DNA of 64,000 nt from Flavobacteriales bacterium (GCA_029251005.1 JAQXEE010000115.1:11743-75742), one strand, 5' to 3'. Shown: positions 1-9,635, counted from the stretch's first letter. A program made the numbers and translations. The notes: a model not told the origin generated them from the letters alone.

Positions 1-518
1 CAACCTTTCGATACCATTTCTGCCAACAATTCGTTTATTGCTATAGCATCTGGTGTTGTGTGTGTAGATGGAATAGTTTCTCCTAAAATTCTATTTTTAA
101 CGGTTGACAATAAGCCTACTTTTTTTCCTAAACCTCTAAATAATAAGTATAGTAAAGTAGCTGTAGTTGTCTTGCCATTAGTACCCGTTATTCCTATAAG
201 TTTTAAGTTTTCTGAAGGGTTATCGTAAAAATTTGCTGCAATTATACCCAATGCTTTTGATGAGCTAGTTACTTTCACGTAAGTGATGCGTTCCAAAATT
301 TCATCTGGAAATTCCTCACAAATAATAGCAACAGCACCTTCTTCAATTGTTTTATCGATAAAAGTATGCCCGTCCACAGTTGTTCCTCTAGTCGCTATAA
401 ATAAGCTGTCACGAATGACTTTACGAGAATCAAAACAAATAGAGGTAATCGCTAAGTTGATATTCCCCTTAACTTCCTCAATTCCTGTTTTATATAATAA
501 TTCAGATAGTAATTTCAT
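1..518 (-). CDS. murE: UDP-N-acetylmuramoyl-L-alanyl-D-glutamate--2,6-diaminopimelate ligase, N-terminal part. The gene continues past the window start.
   Basis: The reverse-strand translation starts MKLLSELLYKTGIEEVKGNINLAITSICFDSRKV and carries a GITGTNGKTT P-loop typical of Mur ligases. Its ATG (516-518) overlaps the ftsI stop as TAATG. The position after ftsI fits the dcw cluster order. Confidence 0.8.
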   Translation of the reverse strand, partial: MKLLSELLYKTGIEEVKGNINLAITSICFDSRKVIRDSLFIATRGTTVDGHTFIDKTIEEGAVAIICEEFPDEILERITYVKVTSSSKALGIIAANFYDNPSENLKLIGITGTNGKTTTATLLYLLFRGLGKKVGLLSTVKNRILGETIPSTHTTPDAIAINELLAEMVSKG

Positions 519-2605
519 TACCCAAGTATTATTTCGATTTGTTTTCCTTCAATTATCTTAGATCCTGGCGCTAGACTTTGCTTTCTAACTTTTCCTTTAC
601 CTACTACTTTCACTGTTAAACCTTTCTGCTCTAATAAATACAATGCATCCTTAACCGTTAAGCCTTTCACATTTGGAACCTTATCAGTATTGGTTTTAAT
701 TTGTTTAATCTTTAATTTATTTGATTTCACTTTAGCATTAGCATACTCTTGTCCACCTCTTGAATCGGTTTCGATGGACAATTCCTTGGCAATAACTAGA
801 TATTCGTTCTCTAGTCCGTTCTTCAAATCAATATTAACCTTTACGTTTTTTGCTAAAAGCTCTGTCCTTAATTCCTTATCCAAAGCATATACTCTATCTG
901 AAATCTTTCTAAAAACAGGCGCGGCAGTACCTCCTCCATAAAATCCATTTTGACGCGGATTTGTAATTACTACAATGCATGTATATCTTGGATTATCTGC
1001 GGGGAAATAACCAGCGAAAGAACTTCTATATTCCACTTTACTTTTCCCGTTTTTTGCGTAGTTTATTTTAGCTGTTCCAGTCTTTCCTGCAACTTCGTAA
1101 AGCGAACCTTTAAAAGGTTTTTTTGCTGTCCCTCTGGTAACTACTCCTTTTAATAGTTCTTGTAATTTCTTAACTGTTGCTTCTGAACAAATTGAAGACT
1201 TAATAATTTGAGGTTGAAATTCTGTTACCTCTTTATTTGCATTGATTATTTTCTCTATGAAAATAGGTTTAACTAACTGACCGTCATTTGCTACTGCATT
1301 ATAATACGCTAGCATTTGAAGAGGTGTAAACTGTGTTTCATAACCATGACATGTCCAAGCAAGTGTTGTACCATACCAATCTTTATCAGAAGGAGATTTA
1401 ATCTTAGGAGCATTCTCTCCTATTATATCAACGTTTAGTTTATCCTGTAGTCCAAAACTGTACAGCCGTTCAATAAATTCACCTGGATTTTGTTTATAAT
1501 ATTCTTCAACTAATTTAACTGTTCCAACATTAGATGACTTTTCAAAAATCTCACGGACAGACAATATTGTATTTTTAGGGTAATAATGAGAATCTCTAAC
1601 CTTTCGATCATAAATTTTATAAATACCATGACCTATTGAAATATTCTTTTTGTCCAAATCAATTTGCTCTTTTTCAAGAACAGCCATAAAACTCGCCAGT
1701 TTAATTGTAGATCCTGGTTCCTCAGAATCAGCGACGGCATAGTTTCTAGACTCAAAAAACTCACCGGTTGCTGTATCAATTGATAAATTTGCTATTGCTC
1801 TGATTTTACCAGTTGCAACTTCCATAACAACAGCACAACCATGATCAGCTTTATTATAGAATAATTGATCTTTCAATGCATTTTCAGCAACTTCTTGAAT
1901 ATTAATGTCGATTGTTGAGTAAACATCAGCACCATCAATAGGGTCCTTTGTATTATCGTTGTTTACTGGAATCCAAACACCTGGTTTTCTTTTCTGTAAC
2001 TGAGTTCCATTCGTACCGCTTAAATAGGAATTATAAGCCCCCTCTAATCCAAATGGCGCTCTGCTTCCAATTGTACGTGCTGCTAAAACTCCAAAAGGCT
2101 TTTTCCTTTGCGTAAACTTACTATATGCTAATCCAGACTTCAATCGACCTTGATTGATAAAAGGCAACGTCTTTAATCGTTGAAAATCTGGATAATTTAA
2201 TGCACTACTTAATTGATACCATCTAACCTTATCCTTAAACGCTTGAGTAATTCCTCTATAATACTCTTTACTTGTTCTTTTCCCAATAAGAAAGGCAAGA
2301 GAGTCTGCTAAATCGGAAATGTGTCTATTTAAAGTATCCTCATTAATCGCAGAAGAAGTTAGATCTAAACCAACATTATAATAAGTTAATGATGTCGCCA
2401 ATAAACTACCATCTTTAGCATATAAGTCGCCTCTTTTCGCAGGGAATATTCTGTTTTTTACTGACGTGGTTTTAACAGCTGCAACAACCTCATCTCCTTT
2501 AAAGAATTGGATATTGATTGCTGCACCAATAATCAAAAGACTAAATGCTACAAGAACAAAAAAGAATAGGTATACTCTTTTTAATATGTTCGAATTTGAT
2601 TCCAC
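518..2605 (-). CDS. ftsI: Penicillin-binding protein 3 / peptidoglycan D,D-transpeptidase FtsI with C-terminal PASTA domain
   Basis: The 695-aa ORF has an N-terminal TM helix, a transpeptidase domain (STIK-like region, KTGTA motif) and a C-terminal PASTA-like segment (VPNVKGLTVKDALYLLEQKGL). It lies between ftsL and murE. Confidence 0.9.
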   Translation of the reverse strand: MESNSNILKRVYLFFFVLVAFSLLIIGAAINIQFFKGDEVVAAVKTTSVKNRIFPAKRGDLYAKDGSLLATSLTYYNVGLDLTSSAINEDTLNRHISDLADSLAFLIGKRTSKEYYRGITQAFKDKVRWYQLSSALNYPDFQRLKTLPFINQGRLKSGLAYSKFTQRKKPFGVLAARTIGSRAPFGLEGAYNSYLSGTNGTQLQKRKPGVWIPVNNDNTKDPIDGADVYSTIDINIQEVAENALKDQLFYNKADHGCAVVMEVATGKIRAIANLSIDTATGEFFESRNYAVADSEEPGSTIKLASFMAVLEKEQIDLDKKNISIGHGIYKIYDRKVRDSHYYPKNTILSVREIFEKSSNVGTVKLVEEYYKQNPGEFIERLYSFGLQDKLNVDIIGENAPKIKSPSDKDWYGTTLAWTCHGYETQFTPLQMLAYYNAVANDGQLVKPIFIEKIINANKEVTEFQPQIIKSSICSEATVKKLQELLKGVVTRGTAKKPFKGSLYEVAGKTGTAKINYAKNGKSKVEYRSSFAGYFPADNPRYTCIVVITNPRQNGFYGGGTAAPVFRKISDRVYALDKELRTELLAKNVKVNIDLKNGLENEYLVIAKELSIETDSRGGQEYANAKVKSNKLKIKQIKTNTDKVPNVKGLTVKDALYLLEQKGLTVKVVGKGKVRKQSLAPGSKIIEGKQIEIILG

Positions 2606-2617
2606 TAACTATTACCC

Positions 2618-2938
2618 TTATTTAATTTTATTATTACCCCCTTTTAACTGAAAAGGAGGCATTTTACTTTCTTTTAAACCTAACTTCTCAACTCTCTTAA
2701 CCACTTCGTTTCGCTGCCCCTTTAAACTCACTTGGGTTTTCGTAATAACGAATTCATTGTTCTGATCATTAATCTCATTTTTTATACCTTCCATTTCCCT
2801 AACAGTCTCTTCCAAATAATAAGAGTTTGTGATATAAAGAAATCCCAACACCGTTAAAAAAAGTACAAATGGAAGATTTTTGAAAAACAACTTTTCATTT
2901 AATCCAAACCACTTTTTTATTTTTAATTTATCTTTCAA
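2618..2938 (-). CDS. ftsL: Cell division protein FtsL-like small bitopic membrane protein
   Basis: The 106-aa ORF has a single TM helix (FVLFLTVLGFLYI) followed by a coiled-coil-like region. It sits between rsmH and ftsI, the conserved position. Confidence 0.6.
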   Translation of the reverse strand: MKDKLKIKKWFGLNEKLFFKNLPFVLFLTVLGFLYITNSYYLEETVREMEGIKNEINDQNNEFVITKTQVSLKGQRNEVVKRVEKLGLKESKMPPFQLKGGNNKIK

Positions 2939-2944
2939 TCTTAT

Positions 2945-3841
2945 TTAAACTTTAGCTGCAATTCTCAGCTTAGCACTTCTTGCTCTATTATTAATTTCAA
3001 CTTCTTCTTCAGATGGAACAAGTGGTTTTCTTGTTATTACTTTTAAGGGAGATAATGGATTACCAAATAAATCCTTTTCTTCTTTGCCTTCGAAGTTCCC
3101 TGAACGCATAAAATTCTTCACCAAGCGATCTTCAATTGAATGATATGCAATAACAACCAATTTACCTCCTGGCTTTAACATTGTAATACACTGTTGAAGC
3201 ATATCTTTTAAAACCTGCATTTCATTGTTAACCTCAATTCGTAAGGCTTGAAATGCTTGCGCTAAAAACTTATTGTGTTTGTTAGGAGGTGCCATTTTAC
3301 GCAGAACAGTAACCAAACTAGCTGTCGTTTTTAAAGGAGCTTCATCGTTTGCTTCTTTAATTCTTCGGGCAATTCTCCCAGCTCCTTTTAAATCCGAATA
3401 GGATCTAAACATTGCCGCTAATTCTTCCCAACTATATTCTGTAATAATATTTGCTGCGGTTTTTTTGATTCCTTTCCCCATTCTCATGTCCAACGGACCG
3501 TCAAAACGAATTGAGAAACCTCTTTCTTCTGCATCAAACTGATGAGAGGATACACCTAAGTCCGCTAGAACACCATCCACCTCCCTAACACGATATAGCT
3601 TTAATGAATTTTCTAAATCTGAAAAATTAGAGTGAATTAACGTTAAACGATCATCCTCTAATTCATTATCTAACGCATCTTCATCTTGATCAAAAGCATA
3701 AAGTGCACAGTTTTCACTCCTACTAAGAATTTCCTTAGAATGACCTCCGCCTCCGTAAGTAACATCAACATAAACACCTCCATCAGTGACATCAAGTGCA
3801 TCAACACTTTCTTTTAATAAAACAGACAAATGGTATTGCAT
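2945..3841 (-). CDS. rsmH: 16S rRNA (cytosine1402-N4)-methyltransferase RsmH (MraW)
   Basis: The 298-aa ORF carries VDVTYGGGGHS and DLGVSSHQFD motifs characteristic of RsmH. It sits directly downstream of mraZ. Confidence 0.92.
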   Translation of the reverse strand: MQYHLSVLLKESVDALDVTDGGVYVDVTYGGGGHSKEILSRSENCALYAFDQDEDALDNELEDDRLTLIHSNFSDLENSLKLYRVREVDGVLADLGVSSHQFDAEERGFSIRFDGPLDMRMGKGIKKTAANIITEYSWEELAAMFRSYSDLKGAGRIARRIKEANDEAPLKTTASLVTVLRKMAPPNKHNKFLAQAFQALRIEVNNEMQVLKDMLQQCITMLKPGGKLVVIAYHSIEDRLVKNFMRSGNFEGKEEKDLFGNPLSPLKVITRKPLVPSEEEVEINNRARSAKLRIAAKV

Positions 3842-3843
3842 TC

Positions 3844-4305
3844 TTATTCTTCTCCAAGGTTTACATCACCCATAACATCCTCTGCTAATCCAGCAAAATC
3901 ATCATCGGTCATTTCCAACTCAGCATCGTAAGACTTCTTATCCCAAATCTCTATTTTATTTCCATATGCGAAAAGGATTAACTCCTTTTGAACTCCTGCA
4001 TACTCCAATAGATTTTTAGGAAGATTAATCCTTCCAACGCTGTCTAACTCTAGTTGTGTTGCACCACTGATGAACTTACGGGCGAAAACCCTGTTCTTCT
4101 TAACAAACTGATTTAAACTGGAAACCTTTTCAGATACCGCTTCCCAGTCGTGTTTTTGATACAACTCCAAACAATTTTCAATACCTCGTTTAACAAACAA
4201 CTTCCCTTCGGCAGCTGCGGAGAATTGCTTACGCAGTCCCGACGGCACCAAAAGGCGGCCCTTCGCGTCTACTTTGCATTCATATTCTCCAATTAAATTT
4301 GTCAT
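3844..4305 (-). CDS. mraZ: Transcriptional regulator MraZ
   Basis: The 153-aa ORF begins with KVDAKGRLLVPSGLRK, has a duplicated MraZ fold signature (DSVGRINLP), and is the first gene of the dcw cluster. Confidence 0.9.
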   Translation of the reverse strand: MTNLIGEYECKVDAKGRLLVPSGLRKQFSAAAEGKLFVKRGIENCLELYQKHDWEAVSEKVSSLNQFVKKNRVFARKFISGATQLELDSVGRINLPKNLLEYAGVQKELILFAYGNKIEIWDKKSYDAELEMTDDDFAGLAEDVMGDVNLGEE

Positions 4306-4340
4306 TGTCTTTTATTCGAGCGTAAAAATAAGAGATTATC

Positions 4341-4365
4341 CCCACTTCTTACCACCTTTTACCAC
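4341..4365 (-). promoter_or_regulatory. Candidate MraZ operator. Three GTGGN direct repeats at 10-bp periodicity sit 36-60 nt upstream of the mraZ start.
   Basis: The plus strand reads cccacttcttaccaccttttaccac. Its reverse complement is GTGGT-AAAAG-GTGGT-AAGAA-GTGGG. This matches the known MraZ binding architecture of GTGGG-type direct repeats with 5-nt spacers. Confidence 0.5.
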
Positions 4366-4460
4366 TTTGTTAATAACTTTAGAACAGAGTAAAGTTAATA
4401 AGATTTTAACAAACAATAAAAACCCTTATAAACAAAGCTTATTGAGCTAATTTTACAAAA

Positions 4461-4475
4461 GTGGGAAATGGTGGG
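4461..4475 (+). promoter_or_regulatory. Second pair of GTGGG direct repeats (gtgggaaatggtggg) in the dcw leader region, about 155 nt upstream of mraZ, in the opposite orientation
   Basis: Two GTGGG pentamers separated by 5 nt appear directly in the sequence. Function is inferred by analogy to MraZ boxes. Confidence 0.3.
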
Positions 4476-4699
4476 AATTATTGTTATTAAAAGTAACTAA
4501 CAACCAAACAAATAGTTTTGGAAGTGTCACATATTTGAGAAACAATTAGGAAGTTGATTTAATATTAAAACAGTATCCTTTTTCTACATTTAAGGACCAA
4601 ATAAATGCTCATTTTGAAACTAAACTCATATTTTCATCCTCAATCTTGAACCTCAATTGCGTTTTTACTATATTTACATTTGGTTTTCACTTCAGAATT

Positions 4700-5461
4700 A
4701 TGAGTCACGATATAAAAGAACAAGGAAAGTTTAAATATTTAGAAGAAGGAGAAGGAGAAGTAATTGTAATTTTACACGGTCTTTTTGGTGCTCTTTCTAA
4801 TTTCCAAGATTTATTCAATCATTTTAAAGGAAAATATAAAGTAGTTATACCAATGCTACCCCTATATGAAATGCCTGTGCTTTTAACAGGTGTTAAATCG
4901 TTGGCTAAATATGTAAACGAATTCGTTGACACAATGGGGTACGATAACGTTACACTTTTAGGAAATTCTTTGGGAGGACATGTATCTTTAGTTTACTATT
5001 CAAATTGGCCTGATAAAATTCATTCAATCGTATTAACCGGTTCATCTGGTTTATATGAAAATGCTTTTGGAAATCAATACCCAAGGAAAGGAGACAAGGA
5101 ATATATCCGTGAAAAAACTGCAAAAACTTTTTACGATCCTGCACTAGCAACAGACGAATTAATTGATGAAGTTGCTGATACTATTGGAGATAGAAATAAG
5201 TTAGTTCGGATTTTAAAATTAGCGAAGTCTGCAATACGCCACAATATGGCAAGTGAACTTCCTAAATTTAAAGTTCCTGTTTGTTTAATTTGGGGAAAAC
5301 AAGATATTGTTACTCCTCCAGATGTAGCTGAAGAATTCCACAAATTACTTCCTGATTCAGATTTATTTTGGATTGACAAATGTGGACACGCTCCTATGAT
5401 GGAACATCCAAAAGAATTTAACGAATTGTTAAGTCCTTGGTTAGATAAAGTTAGAGATTAA
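4700..5461 (+). CDS. Alpha/beta-fold hydrolase. The ORF opens at 4646; the ATG at 4700 (MSHDIK) is the more likely start.
   Basis: The protein has an HGLFG oxyanion region, a GNSLGG nucleophile elbow (GxSxG) and a C-terminal DKCGH catalytic His region. Confidence 0.75.
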   Translation: MSHDIKEQGKFKYLEEGEGEVIVILHGLFGALSNFQDLFNHFKGKYKVVIPMLPLYEMPVLLTGVKSLAKYVNEFVDTMGYDNVTLLGNSLGGHVSLVYYSNWPDKIHSIVLTGSSGLYENAFGNQYPRKGDKEYIREKTAKTFYDPALATDELIDEVADTIGDRNKLVRILKLAKSAIRHNMASELPKFKVPVCLIWGKQDIVTPPDVAEEFHKLLPDSDLFWIDKCGHAPMMEHPKEFNELLSPWLDKVRD

Positions 5462-5566
5462 AAACAAGATAATATTTTAAAATGGTCGATTCTTATCGGC
5501 CATTTTTTTTGCTTTATACTTTAAATGCCTTCTTACTTCTAAAAAGGAAAGACTTAAATTTACATT

Positions 5567-6175
5567 ATGAAAATCAAGACAGCTTCATTTGTTATTAGTG
5601 AGCCTAACTGGAAAGACTGCCCACACCCCAATATTCCTGAATATGCTTTTATCGGAAGGTCTAACGTAGGTAAAAGCTCTTTAATAAATATGCTTTGCAA
5701 TAACAAAGGATTGGCTAAAACATCATCAACACCTGGTAAAACTCAATTAATCAATCATTTTTTAATCAATGAAAAATGGTACCTGTGTGATTTACCAGGT
5801 TATGGATATGCCAAAGTATCCAAAAAGTCTCGTGCTATTTGGCAAAAGATGATTAGAGGTTATTTAATTAACCGTGAAAATTTGATGAATACTTTTGTTC
5901 TTATCGATGTGAGAATCAAACCTCAAACTATTGATATTGAATTCATGCAGTTTTTAGGAGAAAACGATATCCCTTTCTCAATCGTATTCACGAAGAGTGA
6001 CAAAATCAAACAAAAGGAAGTTGCTACAAACGTAAAAGCTTACCAAAACGAGTTATATAGATATTGGGAAGAACTACCTCCTTTTTTAATTTCATCATCT
6101 GAGAAAGCTTTAGGTAAAAGAGAAATCCTTAATTATATCGAAAAAATCAATCCACTTTTTAAAAAAACTTTATGA
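5567..6175 (+). CDS. engB: Ribosome biogenesis GTP-binding protein YihA/EngB
   Basis: The 202-aa ORF has a [13 protein letters not shown]1 motif, DLPGYGYA, and a TKSDK G4 motif. Confidence 0.88.
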   Translation: MKIKTASFVISEPNWKDCPHPNIPEYAFIGRSNVGKSSLINMLCNNKGLAKTSSTPGKTQLINHFLINEKWYLCDLPGYGYAKVSKKSRAIWQKMIRGYLINRENLMNTFVLIDVRIKPQTIDIEFMQFLGENDIPFSIVFTKSDKIKQKEVATNVKAYQNELYRYWEELPPFLISSSEKALGKREILNYIEKINPLFKKTL

Positions 6176-6225
6176 GCTTTCACTCCGAAAAATCATTTCA
6201 CCTAAAATATATTTAATTTGAATCA

Positions 6226-7119
6226 ATGAAAAAAGTAATTTCTATTGGAATTCTGCTCTGCGTTTTTCTAGTTGCATGTAATTCTATCAAGGAAATAGAT
6301 ACTAGATGGGCAAGAGGAATTAATGCATGCGAAAAGCTCGAAGGAAAAACAGTTGTTTACACCATATTTGTGGATAGTAAAACATCTTTATTCTGGACAG
6401 GTTTCGACATCAAATCAACTAAAGACTCTTTACAAAAGGTATTTGACTGGACGATTAAACAAGCGTCTGAAAATGGAAAAACGATTGAAATAATACCAGA
6501 ATATTACAACGTAGGAAATCAATACAGTATTAAGAAAAAACTTCCATATGCAAAAGTGTCTGATGCTTTCAAAAAAGAAGAAGCAAAAGATCAATCAAAA
6601 TTTAATAAGTGGGCTGAATCCATCATTAAAAAAGTAGAAAAAACCGTGAAACTAAATCCCGGGCAAAAGCTACCTGCTAAACCGCGTTTAAAAGGCTTTG
6701 CCAAGTTAGAAGCAAAACTAAAAAGAAAACACAACGCAGATAACGTAGCTATTTTCTTTATGCTTAATAATTACTTTTTAATTGATGCCAATGCGGTGTT
6801 TAATTCAATGACTGATGAACAAGTAGAGTTTGCTATTAACAGCGGGAAAATCTCAAGTCGTTTAGCAAGTCAATTGTTAACACTATTTGGAGCACAACCT
6901 TTAACCTCGGGAAAAAATTCTCAGTACAAAATTAAAAACGTTGAGTTGGCTAAGGTTGATTTCCCGAATGACCTTATGGTTAGTCCAGAAAAATATTTAA
7001 ACCAATTAAACATCGGTCAATTCACTGCGTTTATGCTCGGTTGGCAAGAAAAGGTAGAACCGCAATACATAGATTTCTTTAAGGTTAAATTAAAAAAGAA
7101 AAGAGATGAGAATGAATAA
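6226..7119 (+). CDS. Lipoprotein of unknown function; paralog A of a tandem pair
   Basis: The 297-aa ORF has a signal peptide with lipobox LVACNS. It shares WxRGxNxC, VVYTIFVD, LTLFGAQ, FPNDLMVSP and LGW blocks with the next ORF. Confidence 0.6.
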   Translation: MKKVISIGILLCVFLVACNSIKEIDTRWARGINACEKLEGKTVVYTIFVDSKTSLFWTGFDIKSTKDSLQKVFDWTIKQASENGKTIEIIPEYYNVGNQYSIKKKLPYAKVSDAFKKEEAKDQSKFNKWAESIIKKVEKTVKLNPGQKLPAKPRLKGFAKLEAKLKRKHNADNVAIFFMLNNYFLIDANAVFNSMTDEQVEFAINSGKISSRLASQLLTLFGAQPLTSGKNSQYKIKNVELAKVDFPNDLMVSPEKYLNQLNIGQFTAFMLGWQEKVEPQYIDFFKVKLKKKRDENE

Positions 7120-7999
7120 AAAGACATTTAATATTTCATCCATCTTTATCCTTACAATGGTACTTTTAGCCTGTGGAACAACAGCTAGAATGGACAATTC
7201 TTGGAGGAGGAATTTTAATGGGTGCAAAATCCTAAAAGATGATGTATTGGTCTATCCTGTTTTTGTGGAAGAAAAAAGAGGCGCCAAATGGTTGCAAGAA
7301 GAAAAAAAAGCTTTTTTAGACTCATTAAAGGTATCCACTAACTGGATACTTTCACAATCTAAAAAGTATAATGTAAATCTTAATTTTATTGTTGAAGCAC
7401 ACCCTAATGCTATTGTTGTTGGACTACCTGGAAAGAATATTGCTGGAGCGTATAATTTAGCCTCTACCAACCTTGGAGTCACAAAAATTAATAAGCATTA
7501 TGATAATGCAGCAAAAAAGCTTGCACGCGCCATTAAGAGATCTAAAAAAGCCTTACCTCCATATATTTCTCGCATTAAATCAAAGGATCAAGTTATTGCT
7601 AAATTGAGAAATAACTTCCAAGTTGAAAGCGTTGTTTTACTCTTTATTCATAAACCTGAAAAAAATAATAATGTGTTTTTTAGCTTAAATACATTAAGTA
7701 ACAAAACGATTGAATACGGTGTAAATTCATTTAATAAACCAAGCTTAATGGCTTTCCAAATCCTAGAGTTGTTCGGCGCTACTTCTTTTAATTTTGACGT
7801 CAAGAAAAAAAGAAAAGAAAAAATATTGAAACATATAGATGACAACTTCCCAAATGACATAATGGTAAAACCTTTTCAAACCCTTTCTAAATCAACAATA
7901 GGAGCTGTTACCAATTATTTAATTGGCTGGACACCTAATATTAACCCCATTCATCAAATCCTAATGGAAGGAGGGAAAGTTAAAATATTAAAAAAGTAA
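7106..7999 (+). CDS. Lipoprotein of unknown function; paralog B of a tandem pair. Its start overlaps the end of paralog A by 14 nt.
   Basis: The 297-aa ORF has lipobox LLACGT. Conserved blocks WRRNFNGC, LVYPVFVE, LELFGAT, FPNDIMVKP and IGW align with the upstream paralog. Confidence 0.6.
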   Translation: MRMNKKTFNISSIFILTMVLLACGTTARMDNSWRRNFNGCKILKDDVLVYPVFVEEKRGAKWLQEEKKAFLDSLKVSTNWILSQSKKYNVNLNFIVEAHPNAIVVGLPGKNIAGAYNLASTNLGVTKINKHYDNAAKKLARAIKRSKKALPPYISRIKSKDQVIAKLRNNFQVESVVLLFIHKPEKNNNVFFSLNTLSNKTIEYGVNSFNKPSLMAFQILELFGATSFNFDVKKKRKEKILKHIDDNFPNDIMVKPFQTLSKSTIGAVTNYLIGWTPNINPIHQILMEGGKVKILKK

Positions 8000-8732
8000 A
8001 GGATTGCTCTTTCTATTTAAGGTTATCATATCGTTACCCAATTAATAGTGAAAATCCTAAGTATATGCTTTATTGAAATGGCTTTTATTGTGGCTGCTGT
8101 TTTTCTTTATGGACTCTTTCTAATAAAACAACTGTTATTATTATGAATGACTTGATAACCTTTAAAGAACGAAATAGCGTTTTAGCCGACAACTACAAAA
8201 TCTCAAAATCTAAGATTATTAAAATCAGATTAGATAAGAAGAATTTCACTCATGCTGGTGATACTAAATAAAGATTGGGAAGACCTATTGGTAGGTTCAA
8301 TAAATTTGCAAATGAAAAAAATCGTCGCAATACAAGCCAAAAAAAGAGCAGGTAGCTTAGAGAAAACCTTAATAAAAAAAATAGAAGAACTTTATAACCT
8401 CTTAAACAAGACGAAAAAACAAACTAATCCACAAGAGTTTTCTTAAAATTTAGTTTAGCAATTAATTGAATATATTACAAAACTTGAGCTTCTTTGAAAC
8501 TAAGTTGTCAAAACCATTCTTTATATTAACTGACTAAAATTTATAATTGGATTTATAACCAAACCACAAGTTTAATATAATAACTTAAATAAAATTAAAA
8601 TCGATAATCTGAAACATTAAACAAAACATGTAGAAACTGTAACAAATACCCTCGATTAAAAATATGCTCATTTAGAATGATAAAATTTAACGTAAAGTAA
8701 AATTATTATATTCGTAATAAACCTAAACATTT

Positions 8733-9635
8733 ATGACCCCTCCTTCTCTTCAACCTGGTGATAAAATTGCAATTGTTGCATTTGCAAAAAAAATCACTTT
8801 TGAAGAAATTTCAACCGCTGTTAAAGTTTTTAAAAGCTGGGGCTTAGAGGTTGTTGTTGGTGAAACAATTGGAGCCGAATGGAATCAATTTGGAGGTAAC
8901 GATGAATTGCGTAGTATGGATATTCAAACCTGCTTAAACGACCCTTCTATTAAAGCAGTTATATCAGCAAGAGGTGGATATGGTTCTGTAAGAATTATCG
9001 ACAAAATAGATTTTTCTGAGTTTATTGAGAACCCTAAATGGCTAATTGGCTTTAGCGATATTACCGTTTTTCATACGCACATAAATCAAAATTACAAACT
9101 AGCAACAGTCCATGGTACAATGCCTGTTTTTTTCAAGACAAATACTGCAGAGTCGATTCAATCATTAAAGGATCTTCTTTTTGAAAAAAAATTAAATTAT
9201 TATTTTCAGACTAATAATTTTGACCTTTGCAAAAATGGAAACGTAAATGCAGAAATTGTTGGGGGGAATCTTTCGATTATATTCAGCGTTTGTGGTTCAA
9301 GATCTCATATTGACACTACGGGTAAAATATTGTTTGTAGAGGACTTGTGTGAATATTTATATCATACAGACAGAATGCTATTTAACCTAAAACGTAATGG
9401 TGTTTTTGACAAGCTAGCTGGGCTAATCATTGGAGAATTTACCAACATGAAAGATAGCCCTACCCCATTTGGTAAGCCAGTTGAAGAAATGATTTTTGAT
9501 TTTGCTAAACATCTAAACATTCCCATTTTTACAGGATTTCCGGCAGGACATATAAAAGACAACAGGACGCTTCTGTTTGGTGAAAAAGTAAATATGATGG
9601 TTACCAATGGTGAAATTAACTTAAACTACAAGTAG
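8733..9635 (+). CDS. LD-carboxypeptidase (peptidase S66, LdcA/MccF family)
   Basis: The 300-aa ORF has an SARGGYGS motif with the nucleophile Ser region, a catalytic His/Glu-containing C-terminal domain, and family-typical length. Confidence 0.75.
   Translation: MTPPSLQPGDKIAIVAFAKKITFEEISTAVKVFKSWGLEVVVGETIGAEWNQFGGNDELRSMDIQTCLNDPSIKAVISARGGYGSVRIIDKIDFSEFIENPKWLIGFSDITVFHTHINQNYKLATVHGTMPVFFKTNTAESIQSLKDLLFEKKLNYYFQTNNFDLCKNGNVNAEIVGGNLSIIFSVCGSRSHIDTTGKILFVEDLCEYLYHTDRMLFNLKRNGVFDKLAGLIIGEFTNMKDSPTPFGKPVEEMIFDFAKHLNIPIFTGFPAGHIKDNRTLLFGEKVNMMVTNGEINLNYK

Noticed and set aside
283-1153. Plus-strand ORFs (283-561, 690-941, 950-1153) antisense to murE/ftsI
   Set aside because: They are embedded entirely within well-supported minus-strand genes. 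Their composition is low-complexity with no motifs, typical of spurious antisense ORFs in AT-rich DNA. The same applies to the other short antisense ORFs in the track (e.g. 11511-11708, 12539-12781, 22133-22348, 30362-30640, 41347-41655, 63225-63476).
4646-4699. N-terminal 18 codons of the alpha/beta hydrolase ORF (MNLNCVFTIFTFGFHFRI)
   Set aside because: The hydrophobic, low-complexity extension precedes a much more typical start (MSHDIK, about 27 aa before the HG oxyanion motif). It is likely upstream read-through rather than a signal peptide, but a genuine signal anchor cannot be excluded.
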